A stretch of 64,000 nt of DNA from a virus. Lineage: Duplodnaviria; Caudoviricetes. Shown here piece after piece: positions 49,151-60,100 of this stretch. Below the pieces are notes generated by a model. That model saw only the letters and a list, made by a program, of their open reading frames with translations, was not told the origin of the DNA and did not search any database. A program made the position numbers and the translations under genes. The first letter of the stretch is position 1. Each line of letters begins with the position of its first letter. The stretch covers positions 25,723 to 89,722 of the IMG/VR virus record IMGVR_UViG_2905444465_000001, one strand, 5' to 3'.

Positions 49151-52100
49151 TCGGGTGCTAATTCCAGAGCTGTAACCGTTTCTCCAAAGGTAGAAGCCCA
49201 ACTGTCAAAATGCTGCAAACCGTTCTGTGCAAGGGTGTCATACTGCAAGTACCTCTGAACGGAGTACAGCTCAACCATTGAATTGCTAACAGGCGTACCC
49301 GTTGCGAAAACCGTGCCACGGTTGCCCGTGATTTCGTCCAAATAGCGGCACTTCATAAAGAGGTCGCTTGATTTCTGGGCTTCGGTCTGGGCGATACCGC
49401 CTATATTCCGCATCTTGGTGTAGAGGTACAAATTCTTATAAAAATGGCTCTCATCAATGAAAAGCCTGTCAACGCCGAGCTGTTCAAAGTCGATAACCGT
49501 ATCCTTACGCTTGGTGTCGTTGAGTTTTTCGAGCTTCGTCTTGATTGCCTTTCGGGTTTTCATTAGCTGTTTGACCGTGAACTGCTCTCCTTTGGAAGCC
49601 TGCACATCGTCAATGCCACGCTCAATATCATCAAGCTGCTTTTCCAACTGCTCCCTCTGGCGTTCTATGCTCATCGGGATTTTTTCAAACTGCGAATGCC
49701 CGATAATGACTGCGTCATAGTCGCCTGTGGCAATCCTGCCGCAGAACGTCTTGCGGTTTCCCGTTTCAAAATCCCGCTTTGTTGTCACAAGTATATTTGC
49801 ACTCGGATAGAGCCGCAGATACTCGGAAGCCCACTGACCGACAAGATGATTTGGCACAACAAACATGGATTTCTGGCATAAGCCGAGCCATTTGCTTTCC
49901 TGTGCGGCGGCTACCATTTCAAAGGTTTTGCCTGCTCCCACCTTATGGGCAAGGAGCGTATTGCCGCCATAAAGGATATGGGCGATGGCATTGACTTGAT
50001 GGGGTCTTAGTGTGATTTCTGGGCTGATACCTCCGAAAGTGATATGGCTTCCGTCATACTCACGGGGTCGCACAGAGTTAAAAGTGTCGTTGTAATAACG
50101 GACAAGGCGGTTTCGCCGTTCTGGGTCTTTCCATATCCAATCCTGAAACGCCTGCTTGATGGCTTCCTGCTTCGCCTGTGCCGCCGTAGTTTCCTTTGCA
50201 TTGAACACCGCTTTTTTATTGCCGTGTTCGTCATACACATAATCAAAGATACGGGTATCACGCAGATTTAAGGTGTCCTCAATAATGCGATAGGCGGAAG
50301 CTCTTTTCGTACCATAAGTGCTGTCCGCCTTTACATTCCCCATATCGGAGCTTTTATTCTCTATGAACCAGTCTCCGTTTATCGGGGTGTATCGTACCTT
50401 TAATCTGCCTGCGGCATAGCTTGACGGAGTTAAAAGCTCCATCACAAACCGCTGTATATCGTCCTGCGGTATCCAAGTCGCACCCAGACGGACAGAGATT
50501 TCCGCCGCCGAGAGGTCTTTGGGAATGACCTTTTTCAAGGCATCCACATTGACTGCAAGCTCTGGGTCATTCTTCGCAGCAAGCTCCGCAACCGTCAGCT
50601 TGTTTCGGACATTTCCCGACAGATACTCGTCTGCGGCTGCATAGGAAACAGGCTCACAGTTCGGTACTTTGAAGATAACACCTTGTAAATCCTGCACAAG
50701 CTCAGCCTGCGTTTTGCCTGTGAGCTGCTCCATATAAGGCAAATCAACACGGGCTTTCTCCCCGATAGAGAGGGCAAGGGCTTCACTTGCTGTTTCAACC
50801 GAAGTTACTTCTCGGTGGGGCTTGATAGTCCGCTTCGTGAACATATCCGCCTTCCGTTTGAAGTTGCCCTCATCATCAAGCACCTCCAGAGAACATAAAA
50901 GGAAGTAGCTCTCATCTGAAGCAAAAGCAAGATAGTTTCCTCGGCTGTTGATTAGACCGTATTTTGCGGTATAAACATCATACAGACGGTTGAGGTTTTC
51001 CTGCTCGGTGCATATCATTTCCTCTGGGTAATCCTCGGTCTGATACTCAATGAGCTTACGCACACAGTCACGGATTTGGATAAGTCCCTTAATGCGATTT
51101 TCTGCGGTCATCGACACAGAAGCAGGTTGCATACGGTCATTCTCTCGGAAATAAACCCTGCCGTCCACCAGAGTAAAAGAGAAGTTACGCACATTCGGGT
51201 CAGCAGGAACGGAAAGCTCCTGCTCATCGGAGATTTCATCAACCCCATTATCAAGCTCTGGGATTTCGCCGTTTATCCGCTGAACTGCATTGGACAGAAG
51301 CTCGGAAAGTGGTATATCCTTACGGGCTTTACAAACAGGCTCAAAAGTACCAAAGCGTGTGCTTTCCATCTTTATTTCGCCCAACACCATTTCGGGGTGT
51401 TCGACAAAATATCTGTTCATCGTAATACCGTTTTCGTCCGTATCAAGGTGTACCCAGTCTGGCTCTATATCCATCACTCGGTCACGCTTTTGCAGGATAA
51501 GAATATCGCTCGTGACCTCCGTGCCTGCGTTTGCTTTAAAGGTGTTGTCTGGCAGTCGGATAGCACCTAAAAGCTCGGCTCTCTGGGCAATATACTTGCG
51601 TACCTCTGGGCTTGCTTTATCCATCGTACCCTTTGAGGTGATGAACATCACAACGCCGCCGGCACGGACTTTATCCAGAGCCTTTGCGAAAAAGTAGTCG
51701 TGTATGAGGAACTTCTGGGCGTTGTATCGGCTGTCATTGACCCTTATCTCCCCAAAAGGCACATTGCCGAGGACTACATCAAAATGGTCGTCTGGGAGAT
51801 TCGTTTTCTCAAAGCCCTCAATGGCAATGTTCGCTTTTGGGTAGAGCTGCTTTGCAAGCCTGCCTGTGAGAGAGTCGATTTCCACGCCGTGGAGCTTGCT
51901 GTTTTGCATACTTTCGGGAAGCAGACCAAAGAAATTGCCTGTCCCGCAGGACGGCTCCAAGATATTTCCCTGTGAAAAGCCCAGGCGGTCAAGTGCGTCA
52001 TACATCGCCTTGATAACAACAGGCGGCGTATAAAAAGCGGTCAGCGTTGACTCCATAGCGGCACGGTATTCCTCTGGGGATAGGCTGGCATATAGCTCCT

Positions 52101-55100
52101 TAAATTCCTCCGCCCACGCTGCATTGTGTTCATCAAATGCCATAGAAAGACCGCCCCAACCGACATACCGAGACAGGACTTCCTGTTCTTTGGGTGTGGC
52201 AAGGCGGTTTTCTATTTCAAGCTCGTGCAGCAGGTTGATTGCCGCCATATTGTTACGGAACTTTTCTTTTGCTCCGCCGACACCGATGGCGTCATCGGTA
52301 ATACGGAAATTATGACGGTCTGTGGCAGGAGCTTCTGTTTTTTCTTCGGGTGGTAATTCGGTTTTTTCCTGTTCCAATAGCTTTTGGATATATTCGATTT
52401 TCTCCACTCGGTTTATCGGAAAACCCACATTGTTCTGGAATGTGATGTCACGCAGGGACACATCGCCGCTGATTTTCCCGATGCTCTCAATAAGATATTT
52501 ACGGTTGTCTATGATGATTTCCCTGCCTATGAGGTCGTCTGTGGATTGCTCCGTTTCAATGGCAGGAGCTTCTGAGCCATTCAGTTTATCGGCATACACC
52601 TGTGGTTTTTCTTCGGCTTCCTCGGCTGTCCTGTACCAATCACTTTCGGTAGCCATAATCTCATCAAGGAGCTTCTCGTCCTCTTGGGTCAGCTCGGTGT
52701 GCTGTTCCAAGAATGGGATAAACTCATCTCTGCCACGGAGCAAGCTTTCTCGGTCATCTCCATATAGCTGTTCGCCCTTTGGCGATAAGGCATAATCGTA
52801 AAAATTCTTAATGTGGGCAATTAAATCGCCCTCACCATCGCCAATATCAAACCGCCCTTCATAGTTAAATTCCTCGCCGCCGATAACAGCCTTGATAACA
52901 AAATCTGTCTTGTGATACCACCCGATATTTTTATCGCCCTCACGCTCACGGTGCTGTTTCTCGTCCAAAATACCAAGCAACTTATTACCCAGAGCAAAGC
53001 TCAAATCCGTATAGCGGTCATTAAGCTGTCTGTCATAAAAGGCAGGGTGTTCGGAAAAACCGATAGAAAACTGTATTCCGTCCTGCTTTTTCTCGGACGG
53101 TGCTTCTGTCCTCTGTTTCTCGGTTACGACCACCTTCAGATGGTCGTTTGCAGGATTTTCCGTTAGCTTTTCTTCAAAGTCGGCTCGGATGTATTCCTGC
53201 CCCAAGATAGGGAACTCGGCATTTTGCAGATAGACCTTTTCCTCGGTAAGTGTTGCAATCTCATATTTATCCGCACCGATATACACCACATCGCTCTCAT
53301 TGTAGAGGTAGCAAAGTGGGTACAGCTCCCTTAATTCCTCGGTAAACTTCCACCCATTACTACGGCTGAAAACTGAGGTCGTTTTCCATTGTACCTGTGC
53401 AAGAAAGTCTATGAGCTGTTGAACAGTTGAGGGGTCGGATAAGTGCTGTTCCATTTGCTCGGCGGTAACATCTGCAAGGTCGCCTCGTCCCACAACAGAT
53501 AACAGGTCTTTTTCGTACCTGTCCAAGTCACGGATAAAGTCAGATAGCCGCAAAGCAAGGGTATCCCGTTTGTCGGCAAGCGGCAAGTCACGGTGGGCGT
53601 CAATAAAACGCTGCCTTGCTATTTTCCTCTGGGTGTCAATCTCATATTGGGGAGCTGACACGCTCTCCAGATAATCGGCATAATGGTCTTTTTCTTTCGG
53701 ATTAAGATAGCGGTTATCCTTAATCAGCTCACGCAGACGCTTTTCAACCTGTGACCATTTCAACACAAGGTCGTGATTGGTATAAGTGCCGTTTCGGTCA
53801 ATGGCAAGACCTTTGCTGTCATGCCAAGAATGACCGCTGAAACCATCGGGGAAGATGTGCGTACCGCCGCCCGTTCCATACTCATTTTTAAGGAATTCAA
53901 TATTTTTCTGTCTGTCCTCGCCCTTTTGGAATTGGCGGTAGATGCGGTATTTTCCGTCCGCAACGCCACTGCCTTTCTGAAGCACGGAGTCAATATCTTC
54001 TTTGGAAATAGCAAAAGCAGAGGCATTTTCGTCCTCTGCTTTTGCTATCATTTCGATTTGTTCATCTACGGTTGGAAGATTGACCCTAACCTCATCCTCT
54101 TTGGCAACGCTTACTTGTAAATCAGTTCGGTCAGTATCACTTCCTCCGCTTGGCTGCGGATGTTGTTCATCAGTCCGACCCACTGCATCGGTGCTTTCTC
54201 TTTCAGTTCCTCTGTCACGCCCTGCTCGGCTGAGAGCTGCTTCGTCAGAAGCTCCAAACTCTGGAGTGCTGTCTGCTCTACCTCGTGCAGATGCCCGTTC
54301 AGCCTGCCCGATGTCAGCAGATTGAGATAGGTCACTCGCTTGTGCTTCTCCAGATAATCCCTGTGCATCAAAGCGTACCTGCCAAGCGGAAGCTCTGGCT
54401 CTGTCGGTAATGTTAGGTCGGGAATAAGATAATCCCCCTGTCTGCTGTAAGTGATTTTGCTCATTGTATTCGCTCCTTTCGGGTTGTTGTCTGCCTTTAT
54501 CATACTGAGCCTGCGTTCTTTGTGCAAAGGTGCGATTCTGGTCTTTTTCCGCCATTTGCACATTTCGGATAGACTGTGAGATTTCCCGTAACGCCATTTC
54601 CGCAATATCGCTCGTGGCAACGCCGATGGCGTTTATCGTTGCAGGGGTATTGAAATTTACAATATCCGCAAAATCATCACGGTCAAAAAACTCATTCGTA
54701 TCCAGACCGCAGCGGCTGATCAGCATAAAAGCAACGCTGTTTGCTGCCAGCCGCCTGTAAATGACTTCTATATTAAAGTCGTCCAGTTCTTCCAAAAAGC
54801 TGTCTTTCGTGCAGTCCTTTAACTGAGAAAAATAGTCTTGCAGATTGTCCTCCACGGCGTTCTTTGCCGTTTCCATTAGGGCAGAAGCAAGGTCAGTGCT
54901 TTCCACATCTCCAAACCTGTCCGAGAGCCTTTCCATAACAGCCTGCTCGTATCGCTCATCCATCTGCCATATCGGAACAGGGCGGCTGCCATAATAGCCC
55001 TCGTGGGTGTCGGACACATCAAAATAGTATTTCAGCGTATTCCTGCGACCTTTCGGGTCAAATACGGCAATACCCTTGCTGTCCTTATTGACCCAACGCT

Positions 55101-55302
55101 TGAACTGCCTGTTCCAAGTTTCGAGCTTCGCAACGGCGACAGCATCGGGGCGTTGGGCGTATATTAAAAGCTGTTCGTCATAACGGCATTTATAGTTGCG
55201 GCAGGCAGAGGACAGAAAGCCCTGCCACGCCTGCGGATTTTTTGCAACCGCAACGCCTGTACGCCGATACAGCTCTGTGATTAGCTGATACTTCGCAGCC
55301 AT
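49151..55302 (-). pseudogene. 5' part of giant polyvalent protein (ArdC-N-like, N6-adenine methylase, SNF2 helicase), truncated by the Tn4451-like insertion
   Basis: ILEPSCGTG and GNVPF methylase motifs, HKVGAGKT and FIDESH helicase motifs; reads into the transposon and stops at 49126. Confidence 0.9.
54111..54464 (-). CDS. TnpV-family ORF overprinted in the +1 frame of the helicase gene
   Basis: 117 aa MSKITYSRQGDYLIPDL...NLLTSGRLN...QGVTEELK...WVGLMNNIR; AAAGGAG RBS about 8 nt upstream. Confidence 0.8.
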   Translation of the reverse strand: MSKITYSRQGDYLIPDLTLPTEPELPLGRYALMHRDYLEKHKRVTYLNLLTSGRLNGHLHEVEQTALQSLELLTKQLSAEQGVTEELKEKAPMQWVGLMNNIRSQAEEVILTELIYK

Positions 55303-55349
55303 TCAACCTACACCTCCTTATCGTTTCTGTTTCAAATATTTCTGTTTAC

Positions 55350-55556
55350 TCACTCCGCATCACCGCCAAGAAAAGAAATGATCTTGTTCGATTTAATGCT
55401 CTTTTGCAGGTCATTGATGAGGGTAATATCCCCAACCGTGATGCCCTGCATAGAAAGAATATCGTCCATAGTCATAGCGGCAATCGCCTTTTCATCGGTA
55501 AAACCTGCTTCCAAGACCTTATTCAAGACCTTGACGGCTTTCTGATTAACAGCCAT
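55350..55556 (-). CDS. Conserved small ICE hypothetical protein
   Basis: 68 aa, AAGGAGG RBS, in operon before the helicase. Confidence 0.7.
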   Translation of the reverse strand: MAVNQKAVKVLNKVLEAGFTDEKAIAAMTMDDILSMQGITVGDITLINDLQKSIKSNKIISFLGGDAE

Positions 55557-55570
55557 ATTCTAAATCCTCC

Positions 55571-56278
55571 TTATCGTTCTAAATCCTTGTGCTTCGGTGT
55601 TTTCTGCGACGTTTGTTCCGCAGGTTTCGGCTCATAGGTCGCCCCGTTTTTCTGCATACGCTCGGCAAACTCGCAGATGTGGTACAGATTGCTGCCGACT
55701 TCGGTATGGTATTCATCAATGAAGCGGCAGGGATACTCCCGTTTCTCTCCCCAAGAGGTTGTGACAATGACCTTTCCGCCGTCTGGGATACGGAACAGTT
55801 CTTTATATTGAGGGTCAATAAATCGGATACCTTGTTCTGCTTTCTGGATATGCTTATCAAGCCATTCCTTCACATAACAATAGCAGTAAAAATTATAGTC
55901 GCCTTTGGCGGGATTGCACCGAAGCAGAAAAGCGTGTTTCTCCGTATCCACACGGAAACCGTACTCCGTACAATAGTTACCCTTGATAGCACTTTCGGGA
56001 AAATGCCTTGCAAACGCACTCATATCATAGCGGTTATGCAAAAGCCCTTTATCCTCCCGTAAAGCATTGATGACCGTATCAAGGTCTGCCTTAAATTCGT
56101 CAGATTTCCATTGTGGTCTAGTATCAAACCAAGTGGTGTAAAAGCCATAGCCCGTCGTGGCAAAGTCACCACGCAGATGCCCGATAGTGCCTGTCTGCCC
56201 CTCAAGCTGCATACTTTGGGCATAGGTGTATTTCTGTTCTGTCGGGGTTAAAGGTCTTGTCTTTATTTCATTACTCAT
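55571..56278 (-). CDS. Conserved ICE hypothetical protein
   Basis: 235 aa, IGHLRGDF, GDYNFYCYCY, LFRIPDG, HICEFAERM. Confidence 0.7.
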   Translation of the reverse strand: MSNEIKTRPLTPTEQKYTYAQSMQLEGQTGTIGHLRGDFATTGYGFYTTWFDTRPQWKSDEFKADLDTVINALREDKGLLHNRYDMSAFARHFPESAIKGNYCTEYGFRVDTEKHAFLLRCNPAKGDYNFYCYCYVKEWLDKHIQKAEQGIRFIDPQYKELFRIPDGGKVIVTTSWGEKREYPCRFIDEYHTEVGSNLYHICEFAERMQKNGATYEPKPAEQTSQKTPKHKDLER

Positions 56279-56423
56279 TCGGCTGCTCCTTTCTTTCCTT
56301 TTTCTCTTTCTGCTCGTCTAAAATCTTGCGAATACAGACATCGCAGAAAATAACTGACCCATCCTTATATCGGGGATAAGGACAGGTCGTGCAGTCATAT
56401 TTTATTTTATCGCTCACGGTCAT
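56271..56423 (-). CDS. Small CxxC-CxxC protein
   Basis: MTVSDKIKYDCTTCPYP...FCDVCIRK; coupled to both neighbours. Confidence 0.55.
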   Translation of the reverse strand: MTVSDKIKYDCTTCPYPRYKDGSVIFCDVCIRKILDEQKEKKERKEQPNE

Positions 56424-56679
56424 CACCGTTTTTCTCCTTCTGGGAAGGCTGATTATAGGGCATACGGCACTCTGACTGGTATCGTTCATTCAGCTTTTGC
56501 CGTGCAGCATCAAGCTCATTCGTGTAATAACCCCAGAAATAATTTGAGCCGCCCTTGCAGTACCAACACACATAAGGATTGGGTGCGTTGGGATTGTGAC
56601 CGATGACAAGCTCTGTACTCCCGATAGTACAGCTCTCGATGATTTCATAGTTCTGATTGGAGCGTTTTTCTTCGTCCAT
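56407..56679 (-). CDS. Hypothetical protein
   Basis: 90 aa, YEIIES...PYVCWYC...YFWGYY; AGAGGTG RBS. Confidence 0.65.
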   Translation of the reverse strand: MDEEKRSNQNYEIIESCTIGSTELVIGHNPNAPNPYVCWYCKGGSNYFWGYYTNELDAARQKLNERYQSECRMPYNQPSQKEKNGDDRER

Positions 56680-56689
56680 AAGCACCTCT

Positions 56690-56992
56690 CTATTCTTTGG
56701 CATAACGCCGATAGGCTTTTTCGCCCGTGGCTCTCATTTTTTGCACAGGGTGACTCCCTGCAAGCTCTGGATGCTGTGCCTGCAGCTTGCGGCGTGTCCT
56801 GCTGACGCTCTCAAAACTCGGCAGACCGAGATATTTGTGCTGCGTCATTATCTCTGCAAGCGGCATTGCCCCTGCATCCTTCAGACAGGCATTACAAAGT
56901 GCAAGATACAGCACCATATCGTCATTTCTGGCATCTTCATTCTTTTCCAGAACAGCTCTGACTTTCTTTTCAATGGTTTTTAGGTTTCTCAT
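56690..56992 (-). CDS. Hypothetical protein
   Basis: 100 aa from ATG 56992, LPSFESVSRTRRKLQ; GGAGG RBS. Confidence 0.65.
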   Translation of the reverse strand: MRNLKTIEKKVRAVLEKNEDARNDDMVLYLALCNACLKDAGAMPLAEIMTQHKYLGLPSFESVSRTRRKLQAQHPELAGSHPVQKMRATGEKAYRRYAKE

Positions 56993-57041
56993 CTTTACCT
57001 CCATAAAGGAAAGGGCGGCATCTTTCAGCCGCCCCAACCAC

Positions 57042-57134
57042 TTACTTATTCTTTCTGTTACGGATATTCAGCCATACCGCCGCACCCACAATGAACACGA
57101 CAAGCACGATTGCGATAATGGTTTTAGCGTCCAT
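57042..57134 (-). CDS. 30-aa single-pass membrane peptide
   Basis: Manually translated MDAKTIIAIVLVVFIVGAAVWLNIRNRKNK, directly after the adhesin stop. Confidence 0.55.
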   Translation of the reverse strand: MDAKTIIAIVLVVFIVGAAVWLNIRNRKNK

Positions 57135-57137
57135 CAA

Positions 57138-60100
57138 TTAGTCCTCCTTTTTCTTCTTTCTGTTCTTATAGCTGACAAATCCGAGAACGCCCGCACCGAC
57201 AACAGACAGAGCTGCAAGGCTTACCCATAAGCCCAGATTGAAGTCATCGCCTGTTTTCGGGGTATCCCTGAACTCATTGTGCATCTGCACGATAGCCGTA
57301 GCGTCCACCTTGACCGTTGCCTGTTTATCGGCAGGCAGGATATATCCTGCGGAAGCCTTGTCACTTACTTCGGATACGGTATAGTCGCCAATCCGCAAGC
57401 CCTCAATCACGATTTCTCCGTTCTTATCTGTCTTAAAGGTTTGGTCATAGTCCACGCCTGTCACACGGAAAGAGAAGCCCTCCACCTTACCGTCAGAGGA
57501 AGTCTTTACAATTTTAAGAGAGCCTTTCTGTGCTGCATTGATAAATCCTACACCCGCCTTATTTTCCACGGTGTAGGTCTTGCCGTTCTCCTCAACGGAT
57601 ACGGAATACACATTTTCATCAAGTACAAAGCCTGTCGGAGCTTTGGTTTCCTTTACCAGATATTTGCCGTAGCGGAGTTCACTCATCTGGTAAACGCCGC
57701 CGTCAAGTTCTTTCATTTCGCCAAGCAACGTATCGTCTTTATCCAGTTTCCCATCGCCATTAGTATCGGAGTAAACCTCAAATACCGCACCAGACAGCTT
57801 GTTGTCGGGATAATCCTCATCAACCTTTGTCAAAGCGATGTTGCCCTTAATGAAGTAGTTGACAAGTTCGATTTCCACAACTTCGTCCACCTTGCCTATA
57901 GTCACGGCGATTTCTTCCTCGGAGAGTACATATCCCTTCGGGCTTTCGATTTCACGGATTATCCAAGTTCCATACGGCACTTTGGCAAAAGAAAAACTAC
58001 CATCATCTTTTGATGTGGTAGCGGCAATCGCATTTTCCTTTGTAAACTCGGTAGTTCCTGTCTTAAAGATACCGATAACTGCACCTCCCAGAGCCTTTCC
58101 GTCCTCATTAGATTTCTTACCGCTTACAGAGCCGTAAATAATGTCATTTGTGATAGCTTCGCCCTCATTGGCTGTGATGCGGACAGTTTCGGTATCCTGT
58201 CCTGCGTATTCAAAAATAACAGGATATTTTGCATCGCTGACAATATATGTGGAGTTGGTCGTGATTTCCTGCACATAATAGCTGCCCATCGGCAGGTCGC
58301 TGATAGCTTTCCCGTGACCGCTTTCATCAAGGGAAATGACCTCAATCAGACCGTCCGCAGGAATGGTCTTTCCATCTGCAGCTGTGAGTTCCTCCGCCGC
58401 ATACAAGCCAAAGGTCACATCAAAGATTTCCCCGTTCTTGCCAATGCCATAGGCTTCATCAATGGCAAGGCTCTTGATGAGGTCGATTTCAACACGCTGT
58501 CTCTCATTATAGAAAGAAGTACCCGTTTCCGTTACATCAACATTCTGTCCTGCATACACAAGCTCAACAGAATGGACTTCCTCATTCAGCACCATTCCAT
58601 ACGGAGCTGTGATTTCCTTAACCTCATATTTTCCGAGATACAATTCTTTGGATTTTGCTGTACCGTCCTTTCCTGTCGTAACGGTATCCACAACCTCGCC
58701 CTTTTTGGCTCTGACCGTTCCGTCCAGAGTGACAATATCCTCGGCTGCGGTAATCTCATAGACTGCACCCTCAAGACCTCTGACAGAGAAAATCGGCTGA
58801 TACAATCCCTTATCGCCTGCCACGGAGCTGAATACCTCGCCAGACTTTTCTACTGTAATTGTACCTTTCTGTGCCATATTGGAGCGTACTACCTCAATAA
58901 CGGTAATGCCGCTTTCTTCCTCGGAATTTTCCTGCACCACATCAAAATAAATAGGCTCGGAATTTAAGACATACCCATACGGGGCTTGCACTTCCACGAG
59001 GGAATAGCCTTTGCCGTATTCCAGCGTCTGCGGTGTGATAAGGTCGCCGTCTGCCGTAGTATAGAAGGTGTCAATGGTCGTCACTTCGGGATAAGTGAAA
59101 GTCATAGTCACAAGGTTTCCATTTGGGTCGTAAATCTGGAAGCCTGCACCTGCATACGGGATTGTATTACCTGTTTCCACATCTTTCTTTACGATTTTGA
59201 TATAGCTCTCAAAGTTAGCGTTGTTGATAAGGTAGCGGTAGGTCTGACCGTCCTTGCTGATAAACACATCAAAATCTTTCATCAGTTCACGTCCCTCCCA
59301 ACCAGAGGTCTGACGGACGGTATAAATGCCATACGGCATATCCTTTGTCTGGGCAAAGCCGTTCTCGTCACAGGTCAACACATCACGCTCGGTTTCCTTT
59401 GCATTTTCATAGCTGCCTGCGGATTTGAGGAACACTTCAAATACCGCACCTTCTTCAGGTGTTTCAATCTGGGTTTCTCCGTTGTCCGTATGCTTGATGA
59501 TTGCGATATTGCCTTTGATGACCTGTTCATTCACATCGTTTGCGGTACTGTTCAGCTCTACCGTGTATAACTCTGGTTCTGCACCTACCTTGTGGATTGC
59601 AGTATCCAGAAGATACCCCTCGGACGGGCTGATTTCACGGACAGTCCAATCATTATCACAGATATAATACTTGGTCGTAAACTGACCGTTTTCATCAGTC
59701 GTGTAGGTGTCAATCAGTTCCTCACCCTTATAAATGCCGTAAACCGCACCCGCAAGAGAAGCGTCGCCCTGCGGAGAACCTGTTTCTGCATCGGTCTTTG
59801 TCACAGTCACTTGGAATTTCTTCAATACATTATCGAAGCTGCGTTTTGTGACCTTGTTCCATTCAATCGGAGCTGTCTGGGAAGCAGGAACGACATAGCG
59901 GACTGCGGTATCCACTTCCTCAACCACATACGGGGTATCGCCGCTGATAAGGACATTTTCAAACTTTGCCAGACCGTTTTTATCAGTCACGGCATACTCG
60001 TCAACAGGCAAGCCGCTTAAAGATGTGCCGTAAAGGTGGAATTTCATTCCCTCCACCAGATTGTCCTCGGAAGTCTTGACGATTTCCAGACTGCCACGCT

